Assembly (NCBI GenBank): GCA_000708835.1
Contig: DF236967.1
Location: forward strand, 248,001-312,000
Length of the DNA stretch: 64,000 nucleotides
Direction: 5' to 3'
Source: Klebsormidium nitens
Lineage: Eukaryota > Plantae > Klebsormidiophyceae
The translations under genes and the position numbers were made by a program. How positions within the stretch are numbered: the stretch's first letter is position 1; every line of letters starts with the position of its first letter. Shown in pieces: positions 23,385-35,800 of the stretch. The notes under the pieces are model-generated. The model was not told where the DNA came from and searched no databases. It saw only the letters and a list, made by a program, of their open reading frames with translations.

Positions 23385-25423
23385 GCTGCAGACAAGCTGC
23401 CCACGAGCTGCGGTCGTTATCATAAGCGGTGAGGGCACCGTCGAAGTCGTTTCGCGTGGATCTGACTGAGCCGTTGACACTTTCAGAAGCGGGTCCCTCT
23501 AGCGTTATTAGCGACGCGTCGGCGCATATGCATATGCTCCGGGGTTGATGAGCATTGGGCACCGGACGTGTTCCAATCCCTGTAGCGGTTGACTTAGGAG
23601 CAGGATAGTAGACCACCGCCTTCGCTTACATGCCCCTCCTCCACGTCTGACTGCCGCCCTGTTTGTTTGATCCTAGTCTGGTCTCGCTTCCTTGAAGACT
23701 GTCTCCTCAAAACACGAAATACTTGTTCCGAGAGACCGCCCACGTGGCAGCTCTTCTGCGCTTCTCACTGTAGTTGTCCACTCCCTCCTTCTCATCTAGC
23801 GCTGTTTCCAAAAGCTTCTTTCGCGACTGTACCCAGCTTCTTTCGTCGCAGGCTCGGTGTGACGAGCGACCCTGTATCAGCCCACAGTGCGCTAAGTTTG
23901 CTTGGGCCGCCCGAGCAATTGCAGCCAACATGCCGTCCAGGCAGGTGACATCGGCGCCCAGATCGCGGCCGCAAGTACAGCCGTTGGAGACCGTGACATC
24001 AAACAAGGATATCGCGACAGCTCACACTGCACATGCTTGTGCTCCGCGGCTGCTGCTTGCACTGGGCGTCGACAAAGCGAGCGACTGCTGCGGGTGAAAA
24101 CAGTCCGTGCGAGTGACCGCCAAACAGCGCTCTTGAAAGGGGCAAACGAAGTTAGGGGCGGATTTTTGCGGAGGTTCAAGGATAACCAAGGTAACCAGTT
24201 ACGTTTGGAGTTTTCGCTGTCCGGGCAAGAGCGCATAGGATGGATGAACTGAGCCGGGGGTGAAAGGAAGCTATCCGAGAAAGAGTGCCATCTGATCCAG
24301 ACGAGCGGCTGAGAACCCACGGATTCTCGATTTGTGGGCTTAGAAGAGTTGCACGACATCCAATGAAAGGACAGAGTCGACGCTACGTCCAGTAACCCTG
24401 TTAAGTTATCTCTTCTAATGGTAACTTAAGCGGTTCGAGAAAGCAGACGGGCACCACGGGAATCGACTTTCTACGGTAACCTGTTGCATGGTAGACATTT
24501 GACCTCAAGCCCAGCCGTGCAGTAAAGGGCCGGCATTCGGCCTCACCATAGATGCATGTGCAAACCGTAGATGTATGCATATTTCGAGGCATTCGGCCTG
24601 CCGCAGACTTCTAAGAGAAACATCAGTACGCAGTCGCCATCGTTTTGATCATCGATCTGGATGCAGTATATTCGCGAATCAGTGGGGCTATGCTACGCAG
24701 TGACATAGTGCAATGTACCTTACGCTCAGGCTTGCCGGCAATTCTCTTGGGCTGGCAGTGCGGCCGCCGCAGTGCGGCGCAGTGCGGCGCGCCTCCAATT
24801 AAGATAAGTCAGAGTAAATCAATCAAGTGTTTGGGCTGCGCCGAGGGCGTGGGCTCACAAACTTGATGAGTGCTGCCCGCAGATCATGAAATGATGTATT
24901 TATGACAGTCTATAGGCGGCTAGCTTCGCATGTGTATCGTACACAAGTTGGCCATAGTATGGCCTACTTGCAAAAACCCAGATGCACATGTGCTTCAATC
25001 TCGGGAACTTTCACCGTCTTAGCAACCAAGATGTTGCACGGCCAGTCTGCACTTCATCAAGTGCGGATTCCACGGAAGCGACGACATACCATGCTTTTAA
25101 CCTGATTTGTGGGAACTATCGAACACTTCGTCGATCGACAACAACATCTTGGGTGCGAGGTTCAAGGGGCCCGAGCTAAACTGTTGACGGTCGGACCATT
25201 GAAGCAAGTCGGATCGTATCGATTAGCACACTCAACCGTGGACTTGCACTGCATCATGAAACTGGACCGGCTGAGTTGCTCTCATAGGAGCCAAAGAAAA
25301 GGTTAGAAGAAAGATTGATGAATCATGGTGATCAAAAATGCTATTGCCTATTTGTCAAACCATTGCCAATCGTGCAACCTCTCAATGTGCTGATTAGAAG
25401 ATGATTGTCTAGTCTACAACTTC

Positions 25424-27320
25424 TCACTTTTTCGCCACTGCCGGCGCATTCGATATTGCCGATTGCTTTAGCTGGTAAGCGGGCGTGAAAAACTTGGGCT
25501 GGCTCAAGTACGTCGCAGTCAAACCACTAAATGTTGCGGCACCAATCAGCATGTACATGACAACAATCTGCAGCTGAACTGCCTCCAGGGGAGACGCCCC
25601 GCCCATGATCAGCCCGGTCATGGCCCCCGGGAGAGAAACCAGACCAATCGTTTTAGCGTTGTCAATTACGGGGCTCATGCCAGTGCCCAGGGACCGCCGC
25701 AGCTGCACCAGACTCGCCTGTCGGGGGGTGGCACCGAGGGCAAGGGCGGCTTCCACCTGCAGAGCAAGAACTGCGTCGAAGAACTGGAGGGCGATGTACT
25801 GATGCAGACGTTCCGCCGTTTCGGAAAGGCGGTCCTGGACTTTGTGGTCGCAATCGATCAGAACCTCTGTGAGTGCTCGCAGGTTCGACGGAGGAGACAC
25901 GGGAGTTTCGACGTCAGCCAGCCAGACTCGCCTGCTTGTCTGCTTTCTTTCCGGTGAATCTCCGGATCACAGAAAAGCAGATCTTTGAACGCACCCGCCA
26001 GACGGCCGCAACATATCCTAGACCCATTCGCTCAATCAGACAACTCAACGACGTCCGGTTCATGCAAGCATCACTTTGAAACGTTAATCTTCCGATGCAT
26101 TTTTTCCCAACCCCTGAGGCCATTGTCATCAAACAGGTCTCTGCCAGGCCGGCATCAAAAGTCATCCAGAACCACTCACAACGTTAACCTCTCACTCCCA
26201 CAACAATCTGTTACCCTGATTGCTTTCTTCCTGGGTTGCTTACCTCGAGGTGCTGCAGGCGGATGTCCTCCCTCAGGCGCTTCATGGTGACGCCCGTGAC
26301 CGTCATGGCATTCCCGGTGATCATTCCGGCAATGGGGATGATGTAGCGTGGCTCGAAGGGGAACACGCGCAGCAGAACCAGCGCGGTCGTGGTGATGCTG
26401 GTGCCAACTAGGATGGCGAGAGTCGCCACGTGGTGGCTGCCAGGGACGGCCTTGGCGCGCTGGCCTGCCGTGTAACCGGCAATCAGGATCTGTGTGAGAG
26501 ATCCGCTGACTGTGAGGCTGCTGGATCCGTAAGGAAAAGCACAAACCGTAACCCGTGGTTCCAGTCGAGTCATGTTGAACGGACAAGGCCGATTCATGGA
26601 AGTGAGTGCGGATCGACCAAAGGTTGTGGATTTCTGATGCACAATGACTTCTAGGTTCGTAAAGGAAGGGAAAACCAAAGGATTATGAGGTGCCTGGCAA
26701 ACAGAGTGGGCTACAGAAAGCGGAGGGAGAAGCAGGACCGGAATGTATTTAAAATATTACAAACCTTAGAATGTGAAGGCTCGATAAAAGGCCCTTTGAA
26801 CATCATTCATTAAAAGTCCCCTGTGGTGGCGAGCACGTGACCAAAATCAAGGCATCGTTCAGCATTCCGGTACTTTTCAAGGGCTTTTGATTTCCGGGGC
26901 TTGGAACCTGCACAGACTCCACCGAGAAACTTTCCAGAACATTCCAGGCCCATCATCATGCCTCAATTTCAAAGAATAAGCTCAACGATTCCTCACCATG
27001 ATACTGATAGACAGCAGGATGAGCGCAAAGCCCTTCTGCGCAAACACGAACTGCAGCGCGAACCCGATGCCGATCAGCTGCACGAACGAGCGCACCACCG
27101 CCACAAGCATCTCCTTCTCCAGTCCCACGCCCTCCCGCCAGGAAATCAGCATCGCCACGAAGACCAGGGCCATCGCGGCAACAGGACGCAGCAACCCGCG
27201 AACAAAATCGTCTTGTGCATCTGTGACCACTGTACTTAGGGCTTCGGCGACAGAGGGGGCTGGGGAGGGGGGGAACAGGTATGGATTGCCCCCGGCAAAC
27301 GCCGGCAGATGGTTCGCCAT
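25424..27320 (-). CDS. ALS3: ALS3/STAR2-type membrane subunit of a bacterial-type ABC transporter (UPF0014/FetB family), 300 aa; exons 26997-27320, 26244-26489, 25424-25756
   Basis: Three phase-0 exons. Motifs GLEKEMLVAVVRSFVQLIGIGFALQFVF, FPFEPRYIIPIAGMITGNAM, VEAALALGATPRQA, DNAKTIGLVSLPGAMTGLIMGGASPLEAVQLQIVV. Confidence 0.95.
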
Positions 27321-27513
27321 GGCCGCTTCTTGTGGCGAAGCTTTTCAACTTTGCGGGGGTGCTAAGCTTGTAACTGCTTGCGCTAAGAACTTCTACTCGG
27401 AAACGTTGAAGAGATACTATATGCAGCAGTGGGGCCGGTCAACAATGGTGAGAACAAGGATACTTCTCTCCAATGAATTATCGATGGCTTCCGGACCGTC
27501 TCGCTTTTCCAGT

Positions 27514-28973
27514 CTACTCGTCCCCTGACTCGAGCGTCCCCGCCAGAAACTGCTGCGAAAGCGGGTGCTGCGGGTTGAGCAGCTCCGCAGGCGTGCCCCG
27601 CTCCACGATCTTTCCCTTCACCAGCAGACATACATCGTCCGCAATTCTCCTGATCTGCTCCACGCTGTGCGAGACGAGTACCACCGTTATCCCCAACTCA
27701 ATACGCAATTTGAGCACCGTCTCCTCCACCTTGCGCGTCGCAGCGGGGTCGAGAGCGGACGTCGGTTCGTCCAAGAGAAGGCAGTCTGGGGAATTGGCAA
27801 GAGTGCGAGCAAGGGAGACGCGTTGTGCCTGGCCGCCTGAGAGCTCAAGCGCCTGCTTTGAGGCAATCCCTGGCTCGAGGCTGGCTTTCTGGAGAAGGGC
27901 GTCAACTTCGTCGGGGGAGAGCTTCTTCCCCTGGAGTGAAGGGCCGTAGCGCACGTTGTCTGCGACAGTTCCTGAGAAAAAGATGGGACACTGTTAGGAA
28001 GTTTGAAAATGTGTAGTCTTCTCCAACGACAGTGTTGGAAAAACAAGGTTTCAACCGTGCAAACCCTTTGCGGTTGGCCAACTTTTGAAAAGGTGCGGCA
28101 CTTGATTGGTTGATGAAGCTGAAAGTTGCGCCAGCTCTGACCGGCATCTGATCGTCATATGTGCAAGCTGGAAAATCTACAGAAAATCAGCACTCTTCTC
28201 AAAGAAGATAGTATACCATGAGCGGACTAACTCTGCTGGTCTTCTAGCGCATCCTTTTCAGTTGAGCTGGACTAGATTGGACTCTCCAAACAAGATCAGT
28301 TTCTCTCACAACATGCATGAGGTGACGCCTTTCATTGCAACCGCTTGGCGTCAATTAAAACTTTGTCACAAGAAGCATGCTTTCACCCCTTGGTCGAAGA
28401 AGGACAGCCAGTGCATGCATCACATGCACCACCGCCATTCCAGCTGCTAAATGAGGGGCACAGAAGACCAAGCTAAGCCAATGCTCGCAAGACAGCTGTA
28501 TAGCGCTCACCGTCGAAGAGCGCTGCGGTCTGAAAGAGCATGCCCACCCGGCGCCTCAGCTTGACAACGTCCAGGGTGGTGATGTCCACCCCGTCTAGTT
28601 GCACCGCCCCCTTCTCAGGCTCCCAGAGCCTATTTAAAGCCCTCAGCACCGTCGACTTCCCGCTCCCACTGGGCCCGATCAACCCGAGAATTTGCCCCTT
28701 CTGCACCTCAAAGCTCACCCCGTCTAGAATCTTCTGCCCAGACTCTGCCACAAGGTTGAGATTCCTGACCTGAATCCTTGCGCCGGTGTAGCGCTCCGCG
28801 CTGCTGTCTATGCGGTCTAGCTGCACGGACTTGAGCAGGCCCTGGCTCTCCAGGTCAAGGTCGGACTCGGGGCTGTGAGGGACCACCATTGGCGTGCGCG
28901 CATGGCGTCGCAGCCGCCCCCTCCCTCTCAATCGGTGCCACACCGTCTGTACCAGCGCCCTCAGGAACCTCAT
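27514..28973 (-). CDS. STAR1: STAR1/ABCI17-type stand-alone ABC ATPase subunit (FetA-like), 306 aa from the first ATG; exons 28511-28973, 27514-27971
   Basis: Walker [29 protein letters not shown], signature [19 protein letters not shown], Walker [13 protein letters not shown]-loop VSHS. One phase-1 intron restores ALFD|[11 protein letters not shown]. Confidence 0.93.
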
Positions 28974-31843
28974 GATATGGTCCGGCTTTGTTCAGATCTG
29001 CGCTAGCAAACGCGCGCATTTGACCACAGGGTTTTCAGATTAGGGTTCGTGCCTTGATACTAATAGAGTGAGTTTTGGAGAGGCTTCTTCACGGTGATGA
29101 TTGACAGCTGGCGCTGAGCTGAGCTGAAGCTGCCAGAATCCATTGCTTTCCAAGCCTCAAGAATTCCCACATTGCCCCCACATTGCAGTGGTGCAATGTC
29201 CCAGTTGTGTAAGGTCCTATTCAGAGCCAGGAAAAAGAGCTCATGCCCAAGAGATGAAGTGCCAGCTGCGGGGCCGCCATAACAGCAAGCACAGTGGGGC
29301 TCCTTACTGTGCGCGGTTGCGGTGACTTTTTAGAAAGAATGGTTCTCGCAGGGGCATCCAAGGGGCCTTTGAGGTGGTCTCAAGTGGAGTTGCAACGAGG
29401 GGGACGCTAGCAGAGGTTGGTCGCTCTTACTCTGGCCGCCTCCTTGTCCCCCGATGGTGGTGTCATCTGAGACTGAAAAGGTAAACTCTACTTTGAAAGC
29501 AATGTCACTTGGTGGTCACCTCATATAATGGACGTGCATCTTTTGCACTGGTCGACCAGAAAGTTTCAGAGAGCTTGAGAGAAATATTCTATGGTTGAGT
29601 TTTCTTCATTCGTGCATCATCCGGCTCTGCATTGAGATTGACGCCCCTCTGGCCAGGGACCTTCCTTTGTTTCTGCACATCAGGTTCTCCTGCAAGCTTG
29701 GCCCTGTAAGTCTTGAAACCTGGCTACCTATTGGCAGCCAGCATTATGGTGCACTATTTGACTAAAGTAAATGTTCTATTCAAGGTTTGTCCAACCTATT
29801 GTGGCTTTGCAACCACCACCTTTTTCCATGAGCACAACTCAATAGCATCATCCTTGTTCAGTCTAGAACGTCCTGCCTTACAGTTTTCCCAAGATTGCGG
29901 GATGTCTTGCAATGCCTTGGCCAGGCTTTGGTCTCTCATGAAGGGACTGAGTCCATCTTAGTCTCTACGGTCTTTGGAGAACAGCAAAAATGGTTTCAGA
30001 GGTCGTAAGACATCTTTGCCCCATTGTTGTGACAGTTAGTGAAAATTGCGCGGGCCTGCTCCCCTGACGTGTCAACTCGGGTGTGCCGGTAGGCGTCCGC
30101 ACTCATTACAACAGTATCTTCCTATGTCCTTTGGTAAGAACAGTCAGCCCTCCTTCAGACGCTGGAATCTGTGATACAAGATGGTTGTGCATTACAGCTA
30201 CGTTGGCTGACGCCATGGTCGAGGATGCTTCAGGCTGCTTTCTAGCCAGTAGAATGTTGATATTGATCCGTATACAATTGGTCGCAAACCAAAGAGGAGG
30301 CTCGTGGGGCAAACAGTGTTATAGGCTGTACCAAGGAGGGCGCCAGGCTTGGGCATGAAGATCGAAAGGGCAGGAGCCACATGTCCCTGGCGCATGCAGT
30401 CAGTATTTGCAGATCCCAGATGTCAAGTCCTTTCTGGATTTGGCGTCGTCAAGACAAGGTTTCATCCAAAAACTTTGCGATTGAAGTCAGTGTATGATTG
30501 CACCCGCTCACCCGACTGCATCATTGCTTGACATTGAAGCACTGGACGAAAAGATCGAGTTCTTGTTTGAGAGGAGTTGTCTCAAATAAACGTTGAGGAA
30601 AGCAAAGTTGTTTTTAAATTCTAAAAATAGCACCTCTCTTTCCGGCACTCATGTGTGCAAATGCTACTATCATTTTCTCACAAGCGTTGCTCTTTAGAAC
30701 GATCGACTCTTTTACAATACTTTCAGTAGATCGTCAAATCCACTTCCCATGGAGTGTTTGTGTTGGATTCGAAGACGAGCATGACACACTTTTGAAGAAT
30801 GCATCGACGACGCTCGAGCGCGCGTGCTCGGCTGGTTGGTGTCTACGTAGGAAGCACCACCTCTCAGGTCCTTGGGTGGTGAGTGAAAGGCGCAGCCTGT
30901 TTTTACTTGCACTACCCTTGAGGATCATGTAATTCACGACCGTACGCGAAGAGCTTGTCCGTGGCTGATTTCAAGGCAATCTTTTGTCGAAGAAGAGCTA
31001 GAGAGTTCCGTGCCTGTACATGCAGGTGGAAGGGGCTGCAGCGGGCCAGTTACATGGAGGAGGAACTATGATATAAGAGCGCAATACAACGAAGGTGCGC
31101 CTTGCAGACTGCTTGGTGCACTTGCAATAAGCTCGCTTTCTGATTATTCGAATTGACGGTTCGGCCATGCCAAAAGGCAGGGTTGCTGAAAGCGTAAGGA
31201 AGAACTTGTTGAGAACACTTGAGTCCTCTTGCCCATGGTCTCAGCATGCCATTGAATCTTGTATGTCCCCCGGTATGTCCGGGTGGGGGTTTTGTTGCAA
31301 AGGCTTTGGCAGAGCTGGGTGCTTCCAACCGTTAGGAGAACTCGTCTTTTGGGCCATCAACTTATCAATGATATCAATCTCGACTCGAAAAGAGATGTAG
31401 AGATGCACCAGCCGTACACCGATCAGCATACCATTTTTTGAGAACGTACTCCATGAGTATGGAATGCTGTCAATGTGGATGCAGGATTGGCTTTCACCGC
31501 AAGGACTATGAATGTATTTGTAATAACACACGACAGAAGTTGCTAGCTCAACCCGCACATAGGTGGCACAAAATGGCGTGATGGCATGCCAGCTGCAAGG
31601 CTTGAACGAGACTCTCGTATACCTACCGGATGCGTATTGTCAGCAAATCTCTCGATTGAACATGGAAGATCATTGACATCATGCATGATATCATAATTCG
31701 TAGGGGCCAGGGCGGTCCGAGTTGTTGACGTGGGGTTGACGTGCCATGCGAACAAGCCTGTGGCACTGGGGCAAGCCTGCTTCTTCGGACTGTTCGGATG
31801 CCAGCCTGCTGCCACAGTGCACCTGCAATAATATGGCTACATG

Positions 31844-32200
31844 GTCTACCTACCCCGCCACTCTCGGGAAGTCAGGATCCTCACGATTCCTCCGTCAGGG
31901 TCAGTCCCAAATGCGGCGACCCGCGAAAAAGGTCACACTCTGGAGTCTACGCGATGTCGACAGGATTCTGATGCACCACGTGGCAATTTTTTGACCCCCA
32001 GAGGCATGTGGCTCACGTGGAATATCATTACTGACCAGGTTGGCGGCGACGACAACAACCGATCGCTGTCTTGCCGGTCGCCGAGCTCCGACCACCGACC
32101 ACAGTTGCTCAATCATGCGCTTCACACTCGGGATTCGATCGGCGCTGTGTCGCTCCATTGGACAGGTACAGGTACCAGTAGGTACGATAGGTAGGTAGAC
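31844..32200. mobile_element. Candidate MITE-like non-autonomous element (357 bp)
   Basis: Perfect 11-bp terminal inverted repeat GTCTACCTACC (31844-31854) / GGTAGGTAGAC (32190-32200), flanked by TG on both sides. No convincing coding content. Confidence 0.4.
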
Positions 32201-32846
32201 TGCCATAAAATTTACATACGACTCTAGACTTCAGAGGCTATCATCACGCCTGATATAGGTATAATAGTACCGATCTCATGCTTCAGAAGGCCAGCGCGCC
32301 ATTGCTTGCTCTGAATGCTGCTGGATCGAACAAGTTCAGATGTACTTTAGTGCCTGCAACGGAATCTGTAACTTGTAAGAAACTCTTCCTAATTTCGCGT
32401 GTCCACAGATTTGAGCAGCTCTAGTGCTCTTCTGCTTGCTCACTCTGGGCCGGCGCAAACTTCGAAATTTACTTTGTTCAAAGGTCCTTTCCCATTTAAC
32501 ATCTTGCAGCGAAGTGCCTCTCATCCCTGCAGCAAACTGCTATAGATGGTCACAACAACGCAAGCTTTCGCAAAACGTCTACCCATCCTAAGCTCAATGT
32601 GCGAAAAACTGTTTTCTCTTGAGCAAAGGCACTTGCTGGAGGCTAATCTCTCATCGTAAGACGCATTACAAAGAAGCGTCAGACAGACTACAGTGCAGGT
32701 TTAGAAGAGAGAGCGTGCTGTCACTTGCAACCACCAGACCGTGCGCCTCTGCATACCAGCCAATCCTGCTTGACAACCACCTGCAAAAGCTCGATCATCA
32801 AGAAGGGCCATTCGTTGCAACCAAGCTTCCCACTACAACAGCCGCC

Positions 32847-35800
32847 ATGGCTCCGCACTTCTCCTCCTGCCTCCTAGCCCTTTTCCTCTTCGCCCTAGTT
32901 GGGGAGCAGGTTCAGCTGTGCAGCGCCCAAGGCCCCAGTGCTTCTCCCACAACAAACACCAGCAGCCCAGCCCCTGCAGTGGCCCCTGCGACAGGACCCG
33001 CTACGAGCCCCACATCGGGATCTGGGCTCCCCAGCCAATGCAGTGGCCCGTCGACTTCGTATCTGCCCGCCAATAGTTCCACCGTCAGATGGTAAGCACT
33101 TTATCTGGAGCATCTCAGCAGCTTCAACTTGAACCTGCCACCTTCCTGTGAAGTGCAAATTGTGTAAAGAAGGGGGTTCTCACAGATCATGCAAACGTGA
33201 AAGTTCTCCAGGTTTGTTTCGTGCTCTGCATGGTCAAGGTGGGTGCAGCAGGTGACGGCTTTTCATGTCTTGATCCAGCAGGTTTCATTCTGGTAGATCC
33301 TGAACGTCTTGAATAACTGGTGTTCATCTGGTGTTCATCTTGCCAGCATTGTGTCTACTTTCAACAGTGGCTTTGGTATCCAGCGCCAATGCTTGGGTGT
33401 CCTCACTGATAAAGTCTGAGGAAGAGTAGAAATCTTATCTTCTCATTCTTTTCTAGCGCCAGCATCAAAAGTGCCTCTTTGTCTAGGCTTTCAGAGTGGT
33501 GACCACATTGTGACAGCTGTCAACATTGCAATGCTGCAGGGGCTATTACGACCTTTTTCAAGACCCTGTGGCGTATGTTCAGTCTGGTGACATCATCACC
33601 GTGGAGGTGATCACGCACGAGGCGGGCAATGACTGGGCCAAGATGATCCAGGTAGCCACCACTCCATGATCTGCTTTTGCAATGCTGGATGAGATTCCTT
33701 TCGCACTCCAAGAAAGCTTCCATGCCCCTGTATGTGATGATATATTGAGAGCGAAACTGCCACTCGGCCTTTATGTGTGCTTAGATGTGATTATAACTTG
33801 GTATACTGCCACTCCCTCATGGTCCTTCTAGGCCAGCTGGGCCAGCTGAGTTTTGGAAAGAGGAACAGCATCTAGTCACTAATCATTTCTGAAGGAGCTG
33901 ACATTTGTGATTGCTCATTGGTGCCATGCAATAGGCTTTTTTTTATTGGAGTGTCGTGTTAAACAGTGTGAAATGCTACAGCTCAAGGCGTGATTTACCA
34001 TCATGTCCACTTTCCAGGGTGACCCCGGCGTGAGCGACATCTACTACTGGGCGACAAACACGAGCATTGCCGCCAAAAATGTCCCCAAATACCCGGGGTC
34101 TGGGTCTCACATCGTCACTGGGTGAGCAGACGCCCCTGGAAAGGGAGGCGCTCCCTTCCGTGTTGCTCCTGGTCAGGTCTTATACATCCATCTCATTGGT
34201 TTTTCTTCCTTTGCATTTCAGGGAGTGAGGGCCAGTAGCTCTCAATGCAGAAGTCCAATGCCACCACCATTCTCAGCTATGTTTAGCCAGACTGAACACA
34301 TGGCATGCGGTGGTTAGCTGCAGCTTCTGATCATGTGCCCCTTCGCCCTGCAGCCCCATCTATGTTTGCGGTGCCGAGGCGGGCGATGTGCTCCAGGTAA
34401 GCTCATCAAAGGCTTAACCATATCCTACACTGGAATAAGCTTGGAGTGCTCATGAAGATCCAGTCTGAAGCGTCCATATAGATATTGATTGGGCAACTCA
34501 GGTACGAGACGATTAACCTGTGAAGTGTTTTAGATGCTCATGATGATGTCACTATTCACCAAAGGCAAGGTCTTCGGCGCCAGGAGTCTTACAGCAGATA
34601 TGAGTTCTGTGTTTGACCGACAAACCACTCTACTGTGCTTGAAAAGCATCTTTCAGATGGTGGTGCAGCGACCAACTATAGAAGGATCGTGGACATTTGA
34701 GTCAAAACTAAAGCAACTAGCCGCCCTGAATTCCCCTACTGATATGTATCCGTCCATGCCACTTTGGGTATACAGGTGGAGATCCTGTCGTTGAAGCCTA
34801 GGCCCAACCCCTTGACAGGGAAAACGTACGGGATCAACAGGGCCTCCAACTTCGGGTGAGGCTGCATTACATTTTGTCTTTGGAGCTCGCGTCTTGAATC
34901 GTATTAGGACTGGTGCAACAGGCATTTCCGAAGTACACCGTCCACATGTCTTCCTCCAGGAACCGCTCCCCCATCTTTCCAAGTCGCATTGGATTGAAAC
35001 ACAAGGTCGACTCCCTCGGCAGTTGATCTCACCTTGTGAGGAGCTCTGCCCAATTCCAGGCATCCGTATGGGTGGTCTGTGCTATCGGATCTGTGACTGC
35101 ACCTTCTTTCTCTTCCAGCCTCCGATAGAACAGGCTTTCACAACTGCAGCACCCCAGATTTTATCCGGTTGAAGGGTCCAATCCCTAAATCCTATTTGTT
35201 TCTTGTGCCAGGTATCAGATCCGCGCAGGTCACCGGGACGGAACCCCTTTCACGTCATCAATCATCACCGTCTATGACGTCGTCCAGGACAAGGAGGGCT
35301 TCTGGTGAGCCGAGAAGCAATGCCAGCGACTCCACCGTCTTTTGTTGCTATTCTAACACGACTGATTCTCGCACACTCTCTGAGAGGTGCCTCATTGACG
35401 CGTCAGTGCTTGCCAAATCAGGACCGTAACATTTAACAATGCGTGATTTGCATCTTCTCAAGCTGCTCGACTTGCCAACGCCACTCCCGTTTCGACCCAC
35501 ATTGACGCCGTCAACCACAAAAGAGCTTGCTTCGAAGACCTTCTAATTCTTTTGCAAAAAGTGGTCACAGTACAAGCAAGCGCACAGCGGACCGTCGAGG
35601 GTGAAGCACCGCTGACGTTCGACTGCCCTCTTGTGTGTGTAGGGGCAACCCTGTGTACCAGTTCGAGGTACCCAAGATGCTGGACCCCAATCGTGGAGGC
35701 AACACCGCTCTCCAGAACATTCAGAATGGAGTCGTTGTGCCGCACGCCGTCAAGTGAGCTCTCGAACTCAAAAGCCGTCCCTTCTCTTTGTTCTGCTCTC

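Noticed and set aside
23890-25300. Short ORFs and a GCAGTGCGGC x3 micro-repeat (24755-24790) between the MYND gene and ALS3
   Set aside because: No coherent gene model; the repeat is too short to interpret.
27321-27513. STAR1-ALS3 translational fusion by read-through or splicing
   Set aside because: An in-frame TGA lies just upstream of the ALS3 ATG, and the only candidate donor and acceptors found do not match in phase.
29700-31560. Possible degenerate transposase or pseudogene relic upstream of STAR1
   Set aside because: Only stop-interrupted fragments. No DDE, RT, integrase or other diagnostic motif could be read, so it is not called; a tBLASTx against repeat libraries would settle it.
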